A stretch of 64,000 bases of DNA from an uncultured delta proteobacterium (lineage in GTDB: Bacteria; Myxococcota; Myxococcia; Myxococcales; Myxococcaceae). Position numbers and translations under genes: made by a program. Numbering within the stretch: the first letter of the stretch is position 1; each line of letters begins with the position of its first letter. Location of the stretch: the NCBI GenBank assembly GCA_963776345.1, contig CAVZMH010000012.1, positions 96,001-160,000 on the forward strand, read 5' to 3'. This document shows positions 39,273 to 51,266 of this stretch, piece after piece. The notes under the pieces were generated by a model. It did no database searches. It worked only from the letters and a program-made list of their open reading frames with translations, and was not told the origin of the DNA.

Positions 39273-40727
39273 GTGGTCTCGATTCGCCGGTGGGTGCTCG
39301 GTGGGGTGCTCGCGTCCTCGGCTGCGGTCGCCGCTCCCCGGATGGCGCTGGTCGCGCTCGGCGACTGCCGTGACCCGGACCTCCTCCGGTACGAGCGGGA
39401 GTTCGAGCAGCGGCTCTCGGACCGGGTTGGCCCACAGCTCCTGCCCGAGGAGCAGTTCCAGGCCCGCGTCGGACCACCGCCCACCCACACCCTCGACGAG
39501 GTGCGCCGGCAGGTCTCCACCGCCGAGAACCTCTTCTACAACGACCGGGTGGCGGACTCGCTGGCGCTGCTCGACCAGACCCGGGCCGAGCTCGAGCGAC
39601 TACCGCCCGGACCCGAGCGCTGGAGGACCTTCGCCGACGCCCAGCTGATCCGCGGCATGGCGCTCAGCAGCCAGCGGCGCCGGGACGCGTCCGACGACGC
39701 CTTCCGCTCGGTGCTCCGCGTGGACCCGCGTCACGTGATGAGCCCGGACGCCTTCTCGCCGACGTTCCGCCAGCGCTTCGACAAGCTGCGGGCCGAGCTT
39801 GCCCGCGCCCACAAGCTCCACCTCTCGGTGCAGTCGCAGCCAGCGGGCGCCACCGTGTACGTGGACGGGCTCGCGCTCGGGCACACGCCCGCGACCCTCG
39901 ACCTCGTCCCCGGCAACTACCAGATCTTCGTCGGCCGCCCGGACGCGTTCTCCTTCCCCCACCTGGTCCAGCTCCGGGAGGACACCAGCCTCCGGGTCGA
40001 CCTGGCGTTCGAGCAGACCCTCCCGCCCTCGCGCGCCGCGTGCCTCCAGCAGCCGCGCGACGGGAAGGAGACGCCGCTGGGGAACGCGTTGAAGCTGGCG
40101 CTCCTGCTCGAGGTCGACCAGCTGGTGGTGCTCCGGCTCGACAGGCCCGCCGCCGGACCGAGCTGGCTCTCCGCGGCGGTCCTCAATGCGCAGACCGCGC
40201 AGCGTACCCGCGAGGGCGGCATCCAGCTCGGCGGGACGCGCTCCGGCGGCGACGACCTCGGCGAGCTGGCGCGCTTCGTCGTCACCGGCGAGACGGGAGA
40301 GCGGGTGGTGGTGGTGAACCCGTCCACCCCCCAGGCCTCGGTGCTCGCCCTCCCGCCGCCCGCGGCGGTCACCCAGCTCCAGTCCAGTCCGGCGAGGACC
40401 TGGCGCACGCCCACCGGCATCGCGCTCACCGCGACCGGGGCCGTCGCGCTCGGGCTCGGAGTGGTGTTCCAGCTAAAGGCGAACGACTCGGCGTCCAAGT
40501 TCAACCAGGCCTACTCCGGCGGAACCGCGCCCCTCCCCGGCCAGGTCGGGACGGTCGACGGGTACCGCAACGATGCCCACACCCAGCAGACGCTGGCCTA
40601 CGTCGGGTACGGCGTGGGGGCGGTCGCGCTCGGCACGGGCCTGTGGCTGTGGCTGACCGACGGAAAGGCCGGGAGCACCGCGGTGATCGCCGGGCCAAGC
40701 TCGATTGCCGTCGCCGGGCAGTTCTGA
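39273..40727 (+). CDS. PEGA-domain exported protein
   Basis: TPR-like helices, PEGA signature SVQSQPAGATVYVDG..LGHTP...LVPGNY, C-terminal hydrophobic helices, terminal GQF. Confidence 0.82.
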   Translation: MVSIRRWVLGGVLASSAAVAAPRMALVALGDCRDPDLLRYEREFEQRLSDRVGPQLLPEEQFQARVGPPPTHTLDEVRRQVSTAENLFYNDRVADSLALLDQTRAELERLPPGPERWRTFADAQLIRGMALSSQRRRDASDDAFRSVLRVDPRHVMSPDAFSPTFRQRFDKLRAELARAHKLHLSVQSQPAGATVYVDGLALGHTPATLDLVPGNYQIFVGRPDAFSFPHLVQLREDTSLRVDLAFEQTLPPSRAACLQQPRDGKETPLGNALKLALLLEVDQLVVLRLDRPAAGPSWLSAAVLNAQTAQRTREGGIQLGGTRSGGDDLGELARFVVTGETGERVVVVNPSTPQASVLALPPPAAVTQLQSSPARTWRTPTGIALTATGAVALGLGVVFQLKANDSASKFNQAYSGGTAPLPGQVGTVDGYRNDAHTQQTLAYVGYGVGAVALGTGLWLWLTDGKAGSTAVIAGPSSIAVAGQF

Positions 40728-40731
40728 GGGC

Positions 40732-42423
40732 TCAGGGGACGTAGACCCGGACGTCGGTCGCGGTGCTGTAAACCAGCCCTGGCTTGCGTCCGAACATCGC
40801 CGGATGCCAGGCGACCGCCGAGGCGCTGTCCGGCGCGGTGGCGAGCACCGTCCACGGCGAGTCGCAGTCGGTGGACAGGTCCCGCTCGAGCAGCTCGAGG
40901 AGATTGCTCGCGTTCCGCCGGGCCCCGAGCACCCGCGCGCTCTCGTGACGGGTGGCGACCGTGAGGCCTCCCGGCGCGGGGCGATCCACCGGCGCAGGGC
41001 AGACGCCCGCATCGGGGGCCGACTCACAGCTGCGGCACAACTCGACGCGCGTTCCGGTCCGGGTATCGAACGCGACGACGCTCCGGTCCGCACGCGGAAG
41101 GGCGAGCGAGAACCTCGGATCGTCGGCGAGGTCGGTGCGGACGGGCGGCTCGACGTGGAGCTCCTCGGTGGGACTCGCGCCGCAGCTGGCCCGGAACCAG
41201 GCGCGGAGCAGCCGGTGCTGGGCGTCGGTCGCGACCACCTCCCAGAATTGCTCGGAGCGAATGGCGAGCCGGTCGGGAACGAAGCCGATGGCCAGAGAGT
41301 ACGGGCCGCGGGAGTACCCGCCGGTGGAGCTCACCACGCCCACCGAGCCGACCGCGGCGGCGGGCTCCGCGCACGAGGGGCCCGTCGGCACGACGGCGGC
41401 GGCGGAGGGCGTCGAGAACGCGGACCCGATCCGCACGTCCACCCGGTCCGTCGCGTCGTGCTGGAGGACCGAGGCGACCCGGAGTGGATCTCCGCCGTCG
41501 GCCTGGAACGCGGTGCTGGCCCTCAGCGCGGTGAGCGGCGGGGCCGGGACGTCGAGCAACGTCAGCTGCTCGAACTGGCCGTCGGCGGGGTTGAACCAGC
41601 CCCAGATCACCTTGCTCGAGGTCTCGATGGCCAGCGTGACGACCCCGTCCTCGTCGGACGCGGCATCGAACGAGACCACGGACCCGAGCCCACCGATGGT
41701 CCCGCTCTGCGCCGGGCGCGCGGCGGTCCAGAACCGGGCCGATGCGGGCAGGTTCGGGTTCTCGAACGCGTCGGCCACCACGCCCGCCTCGACGCCGACC
41801 CGGTAGCCGGTGTCGTGGCTGAGCCCGGTGAAGACGAACCGCTGTCGCGTCGAGTCGTAGGCGCCGGTGGCTCCGCCGGGCTGAAGCACGGCCGGGACCC
41901 CCGCGCCGGTCACCGCCTCCCCGAAGTCGACCGTCAGCTGCACGTCGGCGCCCCGCTCGCCGTCTGCCGGCGAGAACCTGGGCCGCGGAAGCACGTCGTC
42001 CACCCGGAACGGAACCGAGACTCGGCGCTCGCGAGCCTGGCTGTCGCGGGCGAGCAGCACGAGCTGCACGTCCACCCCGTCCAGCGGCGGCAAGGGGATG
42101 GTCAGGGCGAAGAGCCCGCCGTCCACCGGGACGCCTCCCGCGGTGCCCGCGTCCAGCAGCTGGTAGCTCATCCCGATCAGGGTCGCGTCGGACCAGGTGG
42201 CGACTGTCCCCCGCACCTCGAGGGTCGGGTCCTTCACCGCGGCGTCCGGCTTCGGCGTGAGCACGGTGATCTGGGGGTTCAGATCGAGCACGCAGAGGTG
42301 CGTCTGCTCATCGCAGCTCTGGCCCTCGGGACAGGCCGAGCTTGAGCAGTCCGCCGCAGGGGTGAGCGAGGTGCACGCGGTGCCCGCGAGCAGCAGCAGT
42401 CCTGCCGCGATGTGTCTCGACAT
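40732..42423 (-). CDS. Lipoprotein with Cys-rich N-terminus and Ig-like domains
   Basis: MSRHIAAGLLLLAGTAC lipobox; CSSSACPEGQSCDEQTHLC; Ig-like segments (PQITVLTP, VDFGEAV, VADAFEN). Confidence 0.7.
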   Translation of the reverse strand: MSRHIAAGLLLLAGTACTSLTPAADCSSSACPEGQSCDEQTHLCVLDLNPQITVLTPKPDAAVKDPTLEVRGTVATWSDATLIGMSYQLLDAGTAGGVPVDGGLFALTIPLPPLDGVDVQLVLLARDSQARERRVSVPFRVDDVLPRPRFSPADGERGADVQLTVDFGEAVTGAGVPAVLQPGGATGAYDSTRQRFVFTGLSHDTGYRVGVEAGVVADAFENPNLPASARFWTAARPAQSGTIGGLGSVVSFDAASDEDGVVTLAIETSSKVIWGWFNPADGQFEQLTLLDVPAPPLTALRASTAFQADGGDPLRVASVLQHDATDRVDVRIGSAFSTPSAAAVVPTGPSCAEPAAAVGSVGVVSSTGGYSRGPYSLAIGFVPDRLAIRSEQFWEVVATDAQHRLLRAWFRASCGASPTEELHVEPPVRTDLADDPRFSLALPRADRSVVAFDTRTGTRVELCRSCESAPDAGVCPAPVDRPAPGGLTVATRHESARVLGARRNASNLLELLERDLSTDCDSPWTVLATAPDSASAVAWHPAMFGRKPGLVYSTATDVRVYVP

Positions 42424-42498
42424 TCGTCCCCCCGTCCCTCGGCCCGGACGGACCCGATGCGAGCCCCGGGCGTTCCGGGTCCGGTGCGGGGGAGATTC

Positions 42499-42562
42499 TG
42501 CACGCCACATTCCAGCTTTCGGAGCGTTTTCGAGCAGGACTACGCTTGGCCGGAGGGATGCA
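42499..42562. promoter_or_regulatory. Two divergent sigma54-like promoters
   Basis: Minus strand TGGAATGTGGCGTGCA (42514-42499); plus strand TTGGCCGGAGGGATGCA (42546-42562); both GG-N10-GC and correctly oriented to the flanking genes. Confidence 0.45.
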
Positions 42563-42576
42563 GAGGGGGGCCGGGC

Positions 42577-43935
42577 ATGAAGCTGGGGGCATCGTGGCTG
42601 CCGATCGCGCTCCTCGCCGCGTGCGGGACGGTCGACTCCGGACCGGGGCAGGACCTGAGCGTCCAGCTCGCGGCGCTGCCGGACGCGGTGGTCGGCCGCG
42701 ACTACCGCGAACGGAGCGTGGTGCTGCAGGCGCAGGGCGGGAGCGGTTCCCTCTCGTGGAGCCTTCCCCAGCGACCTCCCTCCCTGGCCTGGCTGAGCAT
42801 CGGCGAGAGCACCGGGCTCCTCATGGGAACGCCGCTGGACGTGGTCTCCCCGGCGGCGGACTTCGTGGTGCAGGTCACGAACGGCACGGCGCGCGCGCAG
42901 CAGCCGTTCAAGCTGTCCGTGGGGTGCTCGGAGGGTGCGAGCAGCCCCTGCGGCGTGCCCGACGCGACGCTGGCGATGTGCGTCGCCGGGACGCGCGTGT
43001 GCCTGAACGGGAAGCTCGGGGGGTGCACGGCCGATCCCGGCCGACCGCCGTACGAGGCCGACGCCACGCACTGCGGCGCGAGCTGTGACGAGACCTGCTC
43101 TCGCACGTCGACGAACCGGTGCGTCGGAACGTGCTCCTGTGGCAGCGCCGGCGGACCCTGTTCGGGCGCGACCCCGGCCTGCTGCCCGGGGAGCGATGGG
43201 AGGCCGGAGAGCTTCTCTTGCGTCTCGCTGCAGACGGCCCAGCACTGCGGAGCGTGCCAGACGGCGTGCCAGCCGAAGGCGAACACCGACGTCGGTTGCG
43301 CGAGCAGCACCTGCAGCTTCCCCTGCAAGGCGCCCTGGCTGAACTGCAACGGCGGGACGGTGACGGCCGACGGCGCGGACGCGGACGGTTGCGAGACCCG
43401 CGTCGACGGCGACGTGAACAACTGTGGCGCGTGTGGACGGAGGTGTCCGGCGAGCCTGACCGCAGCGGCCCACGCGGCCCCCGGAGCCTCACCCTCCTGC
43501 GCCGAGGGAAGCTGCCGTTACCGGTGCGACCTGCCCAGGTACCACGACTGCACCGGCGGAACGTGCCGGGACGACACCACGGACCAGGACCCGGATGGGT
43601 GCGAGACGGACTTCTCCAGCGCGAGCAGCTGCGGTGGGAGCGGCAACGTCTGCCCGGCCATCGACAACGCGGACCCGATCTGCATGCTGAACGGAAGCAC
43701 CGGGCGTTACGAGTGCGGCCTGAGGTGCAAGGCCGGCTTCGACCCCGACCCGTGCGGCTCGCCACCGGTGTGCAGGCCGCTGAACGACCCCGAGAACTGC
43801 GGAGTGTGCGGCCGGGCCTGCCCGACGATCGACACGCAGGAGGAGCAGCAGCACTGCTCGAGCGCGGGGCAGTGCTGCATGCAACTCTGCGATCCGGCCA
43901 ACAGGCCCCCCTGCGGACACGAGTTCTGCGGCTAG
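42577..43935 (+). CDS. Cys-rich lipoprotein with putative Ig domain and DxxNCGxCGxxC repeats
   Basis: Lipobox LAAC; LPDAVVGRDY...WLSIGESTGLLMGTP; repeats DVNNCGACGRRC, DPENCGVCGRAC, DGCET. Confidence 0.8.
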   Translation: MKLGASWLPIALLAACGTVDSGPGQDLSVQLAALPDAVVGRDYRERSVVLQAQGGSGSLSWSLPQRPPSLAWLSIGESTGLLMGTPLDVVSPAADFVVQVTNGTARAQQPFKLSVGCSEGASSPCGVPDATLAMCVAGTRVCLNGKLGGCTADPGRPPYEADATHCGASCDETCSRTSTNRCVGTCSCGSAGGPCSGATPACCPGSDGRPESFSCVSLQTAQHCGACQTACQPKANTDVGCASSTCSFPCKAPWLNCNGGTVTADGADADGCETRVDGDVNNCGACGRRCPASLTAAAHAAPGASPSCAEGSCRYRCDLPRYHDCTGGTCRDDTTDQDPDGCETDFSSASSCGGSGNVCPAIDNADPICMLNGSTGRYECGLRCKAGFDPDPCGSPPVCRPLNDPENCGVCGRACPTIDTQEEQQHCSSAGQCCMQLCDPANRPPCGHEFCG

Positions 43936-44003
43936 AGCCCCGGGATTCGGCGCGTCGGGCGAGGGGTGGAGATGGCAGGAGGATCGCCCTACGGTGCGTG
44001 GGC

Positions 44004-45165
44004 ATGACCGACCCCGGGGACGTCCAGCCCTTCCGCGCCAGCGTCTCGGAGGTGGTGCTGGCGGACCTGCGCGAGCGCCTCGCGGGGACGCGCTGGCCGG
44101 AACCGGTGACCGGCGTCGGGTGGAGCGAAGGCGTCGACCAGGCCTGGCTCCGGCGCGTGGTGGCGCACTGGGAGAGCCGGTTCGACTGGCGGATCCAGGA
44201 GGCCCGGCTGAACGCCTTCCCCCAGTTCCTGGTGCGGGTGGGCGACACCCGGATCCACTGCATCCACCTGCGCGGTCGCGGGCCGAGGCCGATGCCGCTG
44301 GTCATCACCCACGGCTGGCCCGGGTCGGTGTTCGAGATGCTGCGGCTCGTCCCGCTGCTGGCGAATCCGGCCGCGCACGGAGGTTCGCCCCAGGACGCCT
44401 TCGACGTGGTGGTGCCGTCGATTCCCGGGTACGGCTTCTCGGACCGGCCGACGTCCCCCGGGATGTCGAACTCGGCGGTGGCCGACCTCTGGGTCGTGCT
44501 GATGGAACGGCTGGGGTACCCGCGGTTCGCGGCGCAGGGCGGCGACTGGGGGGCGGGCATCTCGACCTGGGTGGCGCGAAAAGCGCGCGAGCGGCTCGTC
44601 GGCCTGCACCTCAACTACATCCCCGGCTCGTTCCGGCCCTGGGTCGAGGACGAGGCGGGGCTGAGCGCGGAGGAGCGCGGCTTCCTCGCGGACAAGGCGC
44701 ACTGGTCCGAGGAAGAAGGCGCGTACGGGCACCTGCAGTCGACACGGCCCGGGACGCTGGGCGTCGGCGCTGACGGACTCGCCGGCCGGGCTCGCGGCGT
44801 GGATCCTGGAGAAAGTCCGGGCGTGGAGCGACTGCGACGGGGACGTCGAGTCGCGATTCTCGCTGGACGAGCTACTGGCGAACGTGACCCTGTACTGGGT
44901 GACGAACACGGCGGCGTCGTCCATCCGGTTGTACCGCGAGTCGAAGCTCACGCCGCTCCAGCTTGGGCCCGGCGAGCGGATCCGCGTGCCGATGGGGTTC
45001 GCCCACTTCCCCGCCGAGGCGCCGTCTCCTCCGCGGCGCTGGGTCGAGCGCGGCTATGACGTGCGGCGGTGGACCGAGATGCCCCGCGGTGGCCACTTTG
45101 CGGCCTGGGAGGAGCCGGAGCTGCTGGCCCAGGACCTCCGGGAGTTCTTCCGCCCCCTCAGGTGA
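44004..45165 (+). CDS. Epoxide hydrolase (microsomal type), +1 frameshift near 44766
   Basis: FDWRIQE, THGWPGS, PSIPGYGFS, QGGDWG, then LTDSPAGLAAWILEK and GGHFAAWEEP in the shifted frame. Confidence 0.9.
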
Positions 45166-45174
45166 GTCATGACT

Positions 45175-45348
45175 TTGCGAGGTGTCCTCGTACGAGGCGT
45201 CTCTCTTACGAGGTGTCTCTTACGAGGTGTCTGACGAGTGTCTTACGAGGTGTCTTACGAGGTGTCCCTTACGAGGTGTCTGACACCTTGAAGCAGACAC
45301 CTTGAAGCAGCTGGCCGTCGACACCTTCAGGTCGGACACCTCGGTGTC
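45175..45348 (+). repeat. REP-like array, locus E (3' of the transposase)
   Basis: About 8 (T)TACGAGGTGTC-type units, core at 45275, then 2x GACACCTTGAAGCA and two more GACACC. Confidence 0.92.
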
Positions 45349-45362
45349 GAAGCCCGAGGACG

Positions 45363-46280
45363 CTAGGTCGGTGAGGCCGGCGCAACCGGCCGCAGAAAGG
45401 GGCGGAACGCGTTCTCCGGGAACACGGCCGAGAGATCGCCGCTGCGCCAGCGAGCCGATGCCTTGGAGAATGCGGCCCGGAACGCGCGGTACCGTTCGAT
45501 GAACGCTATTCTGAGGCTTGCGGAGACGGCGTGACACCAGGGTCGTCTCGAACGCTTGGGTCGATCGGGACGGTGTTGTGGATCCTGGGCAAGAACTCCG
45601 GCGCGCCCGAGGACACGCGGGTGCGCACGCCGCCCCTGCTGCTTGATCGCCTCGAGCGCACGCCGGATGAAGCGACGCCACGCGGACTTCCGAGAGAATC
45701 TCACCAGCGGCAGCGGAGTGAGCTCGAGCGCCTCCGCTTCGGCGAGCCGTTCATCGAAGCGCGGCGCAACACCCTTTCCTGAGCGAACTCCCCAGCGTCG
45801 GCTCCAGTCGAACCAGCTGAACTTTCGTGCGCGGGTGCCCAGGAACTCGGGTAGCGAACTGAGGCCGGGCCACTCCTGACAGGTCCGGACCAGCCCTTCT
45901 TTGACGCCGTGAGAGATGATGTAGCGGACGCGCGAGAGGAGGGCCCCTTCGTCGAGCACCGGCTCGGCCGAGTACCGCCGCTCCCAAAAGGCCCCTCGCC
46001 AGCCCACGAGCGCTCCGACCTTCTTCGAGATGTTCGTCAGCAAGTACTGCATGAACTGCGGGAGATTGCCCTTAGGAGCTCGGACCAACAGGTGAACGTG
46101 GTTCGACGCGAACGTGAAGCCGAAGAGCTCGACCTCGCCGCGCCTCGCGGCCCGTGCCAGCACGCCGCCCAGGACGACGTTCGTCTGCTTCGACGGACGG
46201 AGCAGAAGCCGTCCCTGGGAGCACCTGACGGTGACGAAGTAAATCTGCGCTTGCTCGTAGTTTCTCAGCGGCCAGCCCAT
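45363..46280 (-). mobile_element. REP-associated HUH (Y1) tyrosine transposase, RAYT/TnpA-REP-like
   Basis: YFVTVRC, HUH motif SNHVHLL, FWERRY, catalytic-helix YIISHGVKEGLV, WPGLSS; no tnpB or terminal inverted repeats; palindromic arrays on both sides. Confidence 0.85.
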
Positions 46281-46309
46281 GTGGAGTCCCCCTCTCCCGG
46301 GGACTCGGG

Positions 46310-46326
46310 AGCACGAACCGGGCCAA
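46310..46326 (-). promoter_or_regulatory. Sigma54-like promoter upstream of the transposase
   Basis: Minus strand TTGGCCCGGTTCGTGCT (GG-N10-GC), about 30 nt before the ATG. Confidence 0.5.
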
Positions 46327-46339
46327 TTGCCGCGCACCT

Positions 46340-46457
46340 CAATGACGAAGTGTTTGACACCAATGACGGACACCAATGACGAGGCAATGACGAGGTGTTT
46401 GACACCTCCGGGGGGACACCTCCGGGGAGGACATCTCCAACACGAGGTGTGTGACAC
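46340..46457 (+). repeat. REP-like array, locus F (5' of the transposase)
   Basis: 4x CAATGACG.., variant core GGTGTTTGACACC at 46394, 2x GACACCTCCGGGG, final ACGAGGTGTGTGACAC. Confidence 0.9.
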
Positions 46458-46484
46458 TAGCTCCTAGAGGGCCCGAGCCTCGCC

Positions 46485-48707
<2,223 letters not shown>

Positions 48708-48708
48708 G

Positions 48709-49362
48709 TCAGTGGAGGAAGGAGGCCAGCACCCGGCGGCCATCGGCGTTGCCGAGCAGCGGCTCGGCGTTCCGCTCGGGGTGGGGCATCATCCCCAGCA
48801 CGTTGCCCGAGGCGTTCACGATGCCGGCGATGTCGTTCCGGCTCCCGTTGGGGTTCCCGACGTAGCGGAAGGCCACCTGGCCCTCGCCCTCGAGCCGCTT
48901 CAGGCCCTCGTCGTCGATGAAGTAGTTCCCGTCGCCGTGGGCGATGGGGATCCTGAACCGCTCGCCGGGCGAGAGCGTGGCGGTGAAGCGCGTCCGCGCC
49001 TTCTCCGTCCGGAGAATCACGTCCTGGCAGATGTACTGGCGGTTGGCGTTCTGGAGCAGCGCGCCCGGTAGCAGGCCCGCCTCGGTGAGGATCTGGAAGC
49101 CGTTGCAGATGCCGATGACCGGCCCGCCCTTGCGCGCGAACGCGGCGACCTCCTCCATCACCGGCGCGAAGCGGGCGATGGCCCCGCAGCGCAGGTAGTC
49201 CCCGTAGCTGAAGCCCCCGGGGAGGATGACCAGCTCGCTCCCCCGAAGGTGGTGATCCTTGTGCCAGAGCATCTGGGGCCGGTGCCCGAGAACCTGCCCC
49301 ACCACGTGAAAGGCGTCCTCGTCGCAGTTGCTGCCGGGGAAGACGACGATCCCGACCTTCAT
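48709..49362 (-). CDS. purQ: FGAM synthase glutaminase subunit PurQ
   Basis: [33 protein letters not shown]. Confidence 0.97.
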   Translation of the reverse strand: MKVGIVVFPGSNCDEDAFHVVGQVLGHRPQMLWHKDHHLRGSELVILPGGFSYGDYLRCGAIARFAPVMEEVAAFARKGGPVIGICNGFQILTEAGLLPGALLQNANRQYICQDVILRTEKARTRFTATLSPGERFRIPIAHGDGNYFIDDEGLKRLEGEGQVAFRYVGNPNGSRNDIAGIVNASGNVLGMMPHPERNAEPLLGNADGRRVLASFLH

Positions 49363-49598
49363 CCGATCTCCACCCGGAAGTTCTCCACCACCGTGTTGGC
49401 GAGGAGCTTCCGGCACATCTCCTCCACCTGGGCGCGGGCCTCGGGGCCGCTGCCGTCGGGGAGCTGCAGCTCGATGTACTTGCCCAGCCGGACACCGGAG
49501 ACCTGGCCGAAGCCGAGCGCGTGCAGGCTGCCCTCCACGGCCTTGCCGGCGGGGTCGAGCACCCCCGGCTTCAGCGTCACGTACACCCGTGCGAGCAT
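49359..49598 (-). CDS. purS: FGAM synthase subunit PurS
   Basis: VTLKPGVLDP.G, VRLGKYIEL, KLLANTVVE. Confidence 0.95.
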   Translation of the reverse strand: MLARVYVTLKPGVLDPAGKAVEGSLHALGFGQVSGVRLGKYIELQLPDGSGPEARAQVEEMCRKLLANTVVENFRVEIG

Positions 49599-49743
49599 GT
49601 CACCTCCGGTGGGAGACCCGCGGACTGGCGCGGGGCGTCGGCGCCGCCTCTATCAGCCGTCCGAGGAAGCGTCTACCCGTGTCTTAATGCAGGGTTAGAG
49701 CGTCGGCCAGCACAGTTGGGCGTGCCGTGCTAACCGTTTGGAG

Positions 49744-51075
49744 ATGCCGTCCTGGGCGCTGTGGCTCGGGTGCGTCGGCCTCCTGCTGGTCCGTGCCCTG
49801 ATGGCCGCGGCGGAGTCGGCGCTCTCGGGCGTCTCCGAGCTGAAGGCCAAGGAGCTGGCCACCCAGCACGGGAGGGCCGGCCGGCGTGTGCTCCGGCTGC
49901 GCACCCAGCGCGAGACGACGGCGTCGTCGCTCCGCATCGGGATGGTGCTCAGCGGCTTCCTGGCCGCGGGGGTCGGCGCGCTCGCGCCGCCGGCGATGGT
50001 CCAGTTCGACGTGGCCCGGCTGGGCGGGTACTGGGGCGTGCTCGCGGCGCCGCTGGCCGGCGTGCTCTTCGTGGGCCTGCTCGCTGCCCTGATGGACGTC
50101 ACCGCGCGCGCGGTGGCGAGCACCGACCCCGAGGTGGCCGCGCTGCGCCTCTCGTGGCTGGCCGGCCTGCTGTCCACGGTCCTGGGGCCGTTCGCCCGCG
50201 TGCTCCTGGCCGGGGTCAATCTGGTCCTCCGGCCGTTCGGGGTACGGGCGCGTTTCGAGCCGCCGCCGCCGCCGCTCGAGGAGCTCGAGCGGATGCTCAC
50301 CGCCCAGGCCGCGAAGCAGGGGGTCGACGCGAGCGCGCCGGAGCTGATCCGCAGCGTGTTCGAGCTCTCGGACAAGCGGTGCCGGGACGTGATGGTGCCG
50401 CGCACCGAGGTGGTGGCGGTGGACATCTCGACCGCGCCGGCCGATATCCTCCGCATCCTCGCCGAGGAGAGCCATAGCCGGATCCCGGTCTACCGCGACG
50501 ACATCGACCACATCGTCGGGGTGCTACACGCGCGCGATCTGATCCCGTTCCTGCAGCACCCGGAGCTCATCGTCCTCGCCGACGTGGTGCGCCCGGCGGT
50601 GTTCGTGCCGTGGATCAAGCCGGTGGGCGACCTGCTGCGCGAGATGCAGCGTCGCCGGATCCACATGGCGATGGTCACCGACGAGTACGGCGGGTTCATG
50701 GGCGTGGTGACGCTCGAGGACATCCTGCGGGAGATCGTCGGCGACATCGCGGACGAGTTCGAGCAGCCCGAGTCGCTCATCGAGAAGCAGCCGGACGGCT
50801 CCTTCCTCGTGGACGCGATGCTCGAGGTGGACGAGTTCGCCGAGGCCTTTGGGCTTCCGCTGCCTGACGGGGAGTACGAGACGCTCGGCGGATACCTGAG
50901 CTCGCTCTCGGGAAGCATCCCCGAGGTGGGCGACCGCTTCACCTACGACGGGTGGCAGTTCACGATCGCGTCGAAGCAGGGCCCGCGGCTCGGCCGCGTC
51001 CGGATGAGCCGCCTCAAGGCGCCGCCCACTTCGACGCGCGAGGGCGGAGCGCAGCCGAGCACCGCCACGCCTTGA
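49744..51075 (+). CDS. Hemolysin-family CNNM-CBS-CorC membrane protein
   Basis: AAESAL, TM block, VMVPRTEV, HSRIPVY, DEYGG...TLEDILREIVG, YETLGG. Confidence 0.9.
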   Translation: MPSWALWLGCVGLLLVRALMAAAESALSGVSELKAKELATQHGRAGRRVLRLRTQRETTASSLRIGMVLSGFLAAGVGALAPPAMVQFDVARLGGYWGVLAAPLAGVLFVGLLAALMDVTARAVASTDPEVAALRLSWLAGLLSTVLGPFARVLLAGVNLVLRPFGVRARFEPPPPPLEELERMLTAQAAKQGVDASAPELIRSVFELSDKRCRDVMVPRTEVVAVDISTAPADILRILAEESHSRIPVYRDDIDHIVGVLHARDLIPFLQHPELIVLADVVRPAVFVPWIKPVGDLLREMQRRRIHMAMVTDEYGGFMGVVTLEDILREIVGDIADEFEQPESLIEKQPDGSFLVDAMLEVDEFAEAFGLPLPDGEYETLGGYLSSLSGSIPEVGDRFTYDGWQFTIASKQGPRLGRVRMSRLKAPPTSTREGGAQPSTATP

Positions 51076-51100
51076 CGCAGCGCGGCTAATTTAGAGCTGT

Positions 51101-51225
51101 CAATTACGAGGTGTCCAATTACGAGGTGTCAATTACGAGGTGTCTGACACCTTCCGGGGACACCTTCCGGGGGGGAGACACCTTCCGGGGACACCTTCCT
51201 TCCGGGCCTTCCGGGGGACACCTCC
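51101..51225 (+). repeat. REP-like array, locus G
   Basis: 3x CAATTACGAGGTGTC, core at 51139, then about 5 GACACCTTCCGGGG-type units. Confidence 0.92.
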
Positions 51226-51266
51226 TGAGGCCTCAAGCCTGACTGGGGGCCCGGAGCCCGGTCCCG

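Noticed and set aside
45363..46280. Ordinary IS200/IS605 insertion sequence
   Set aside because: The protein is about twice TnpA length, has RAYT-type FWxxRY and WxxSS motifs, has no tnpB, and its flanking motif is dispersed without the gene.
49744..51075. True haemolytic toxin
   Set aside because: The CNNM-CBS-CorC architecture is a metal-homeostasis membrane family; the hemolysin name is historical.
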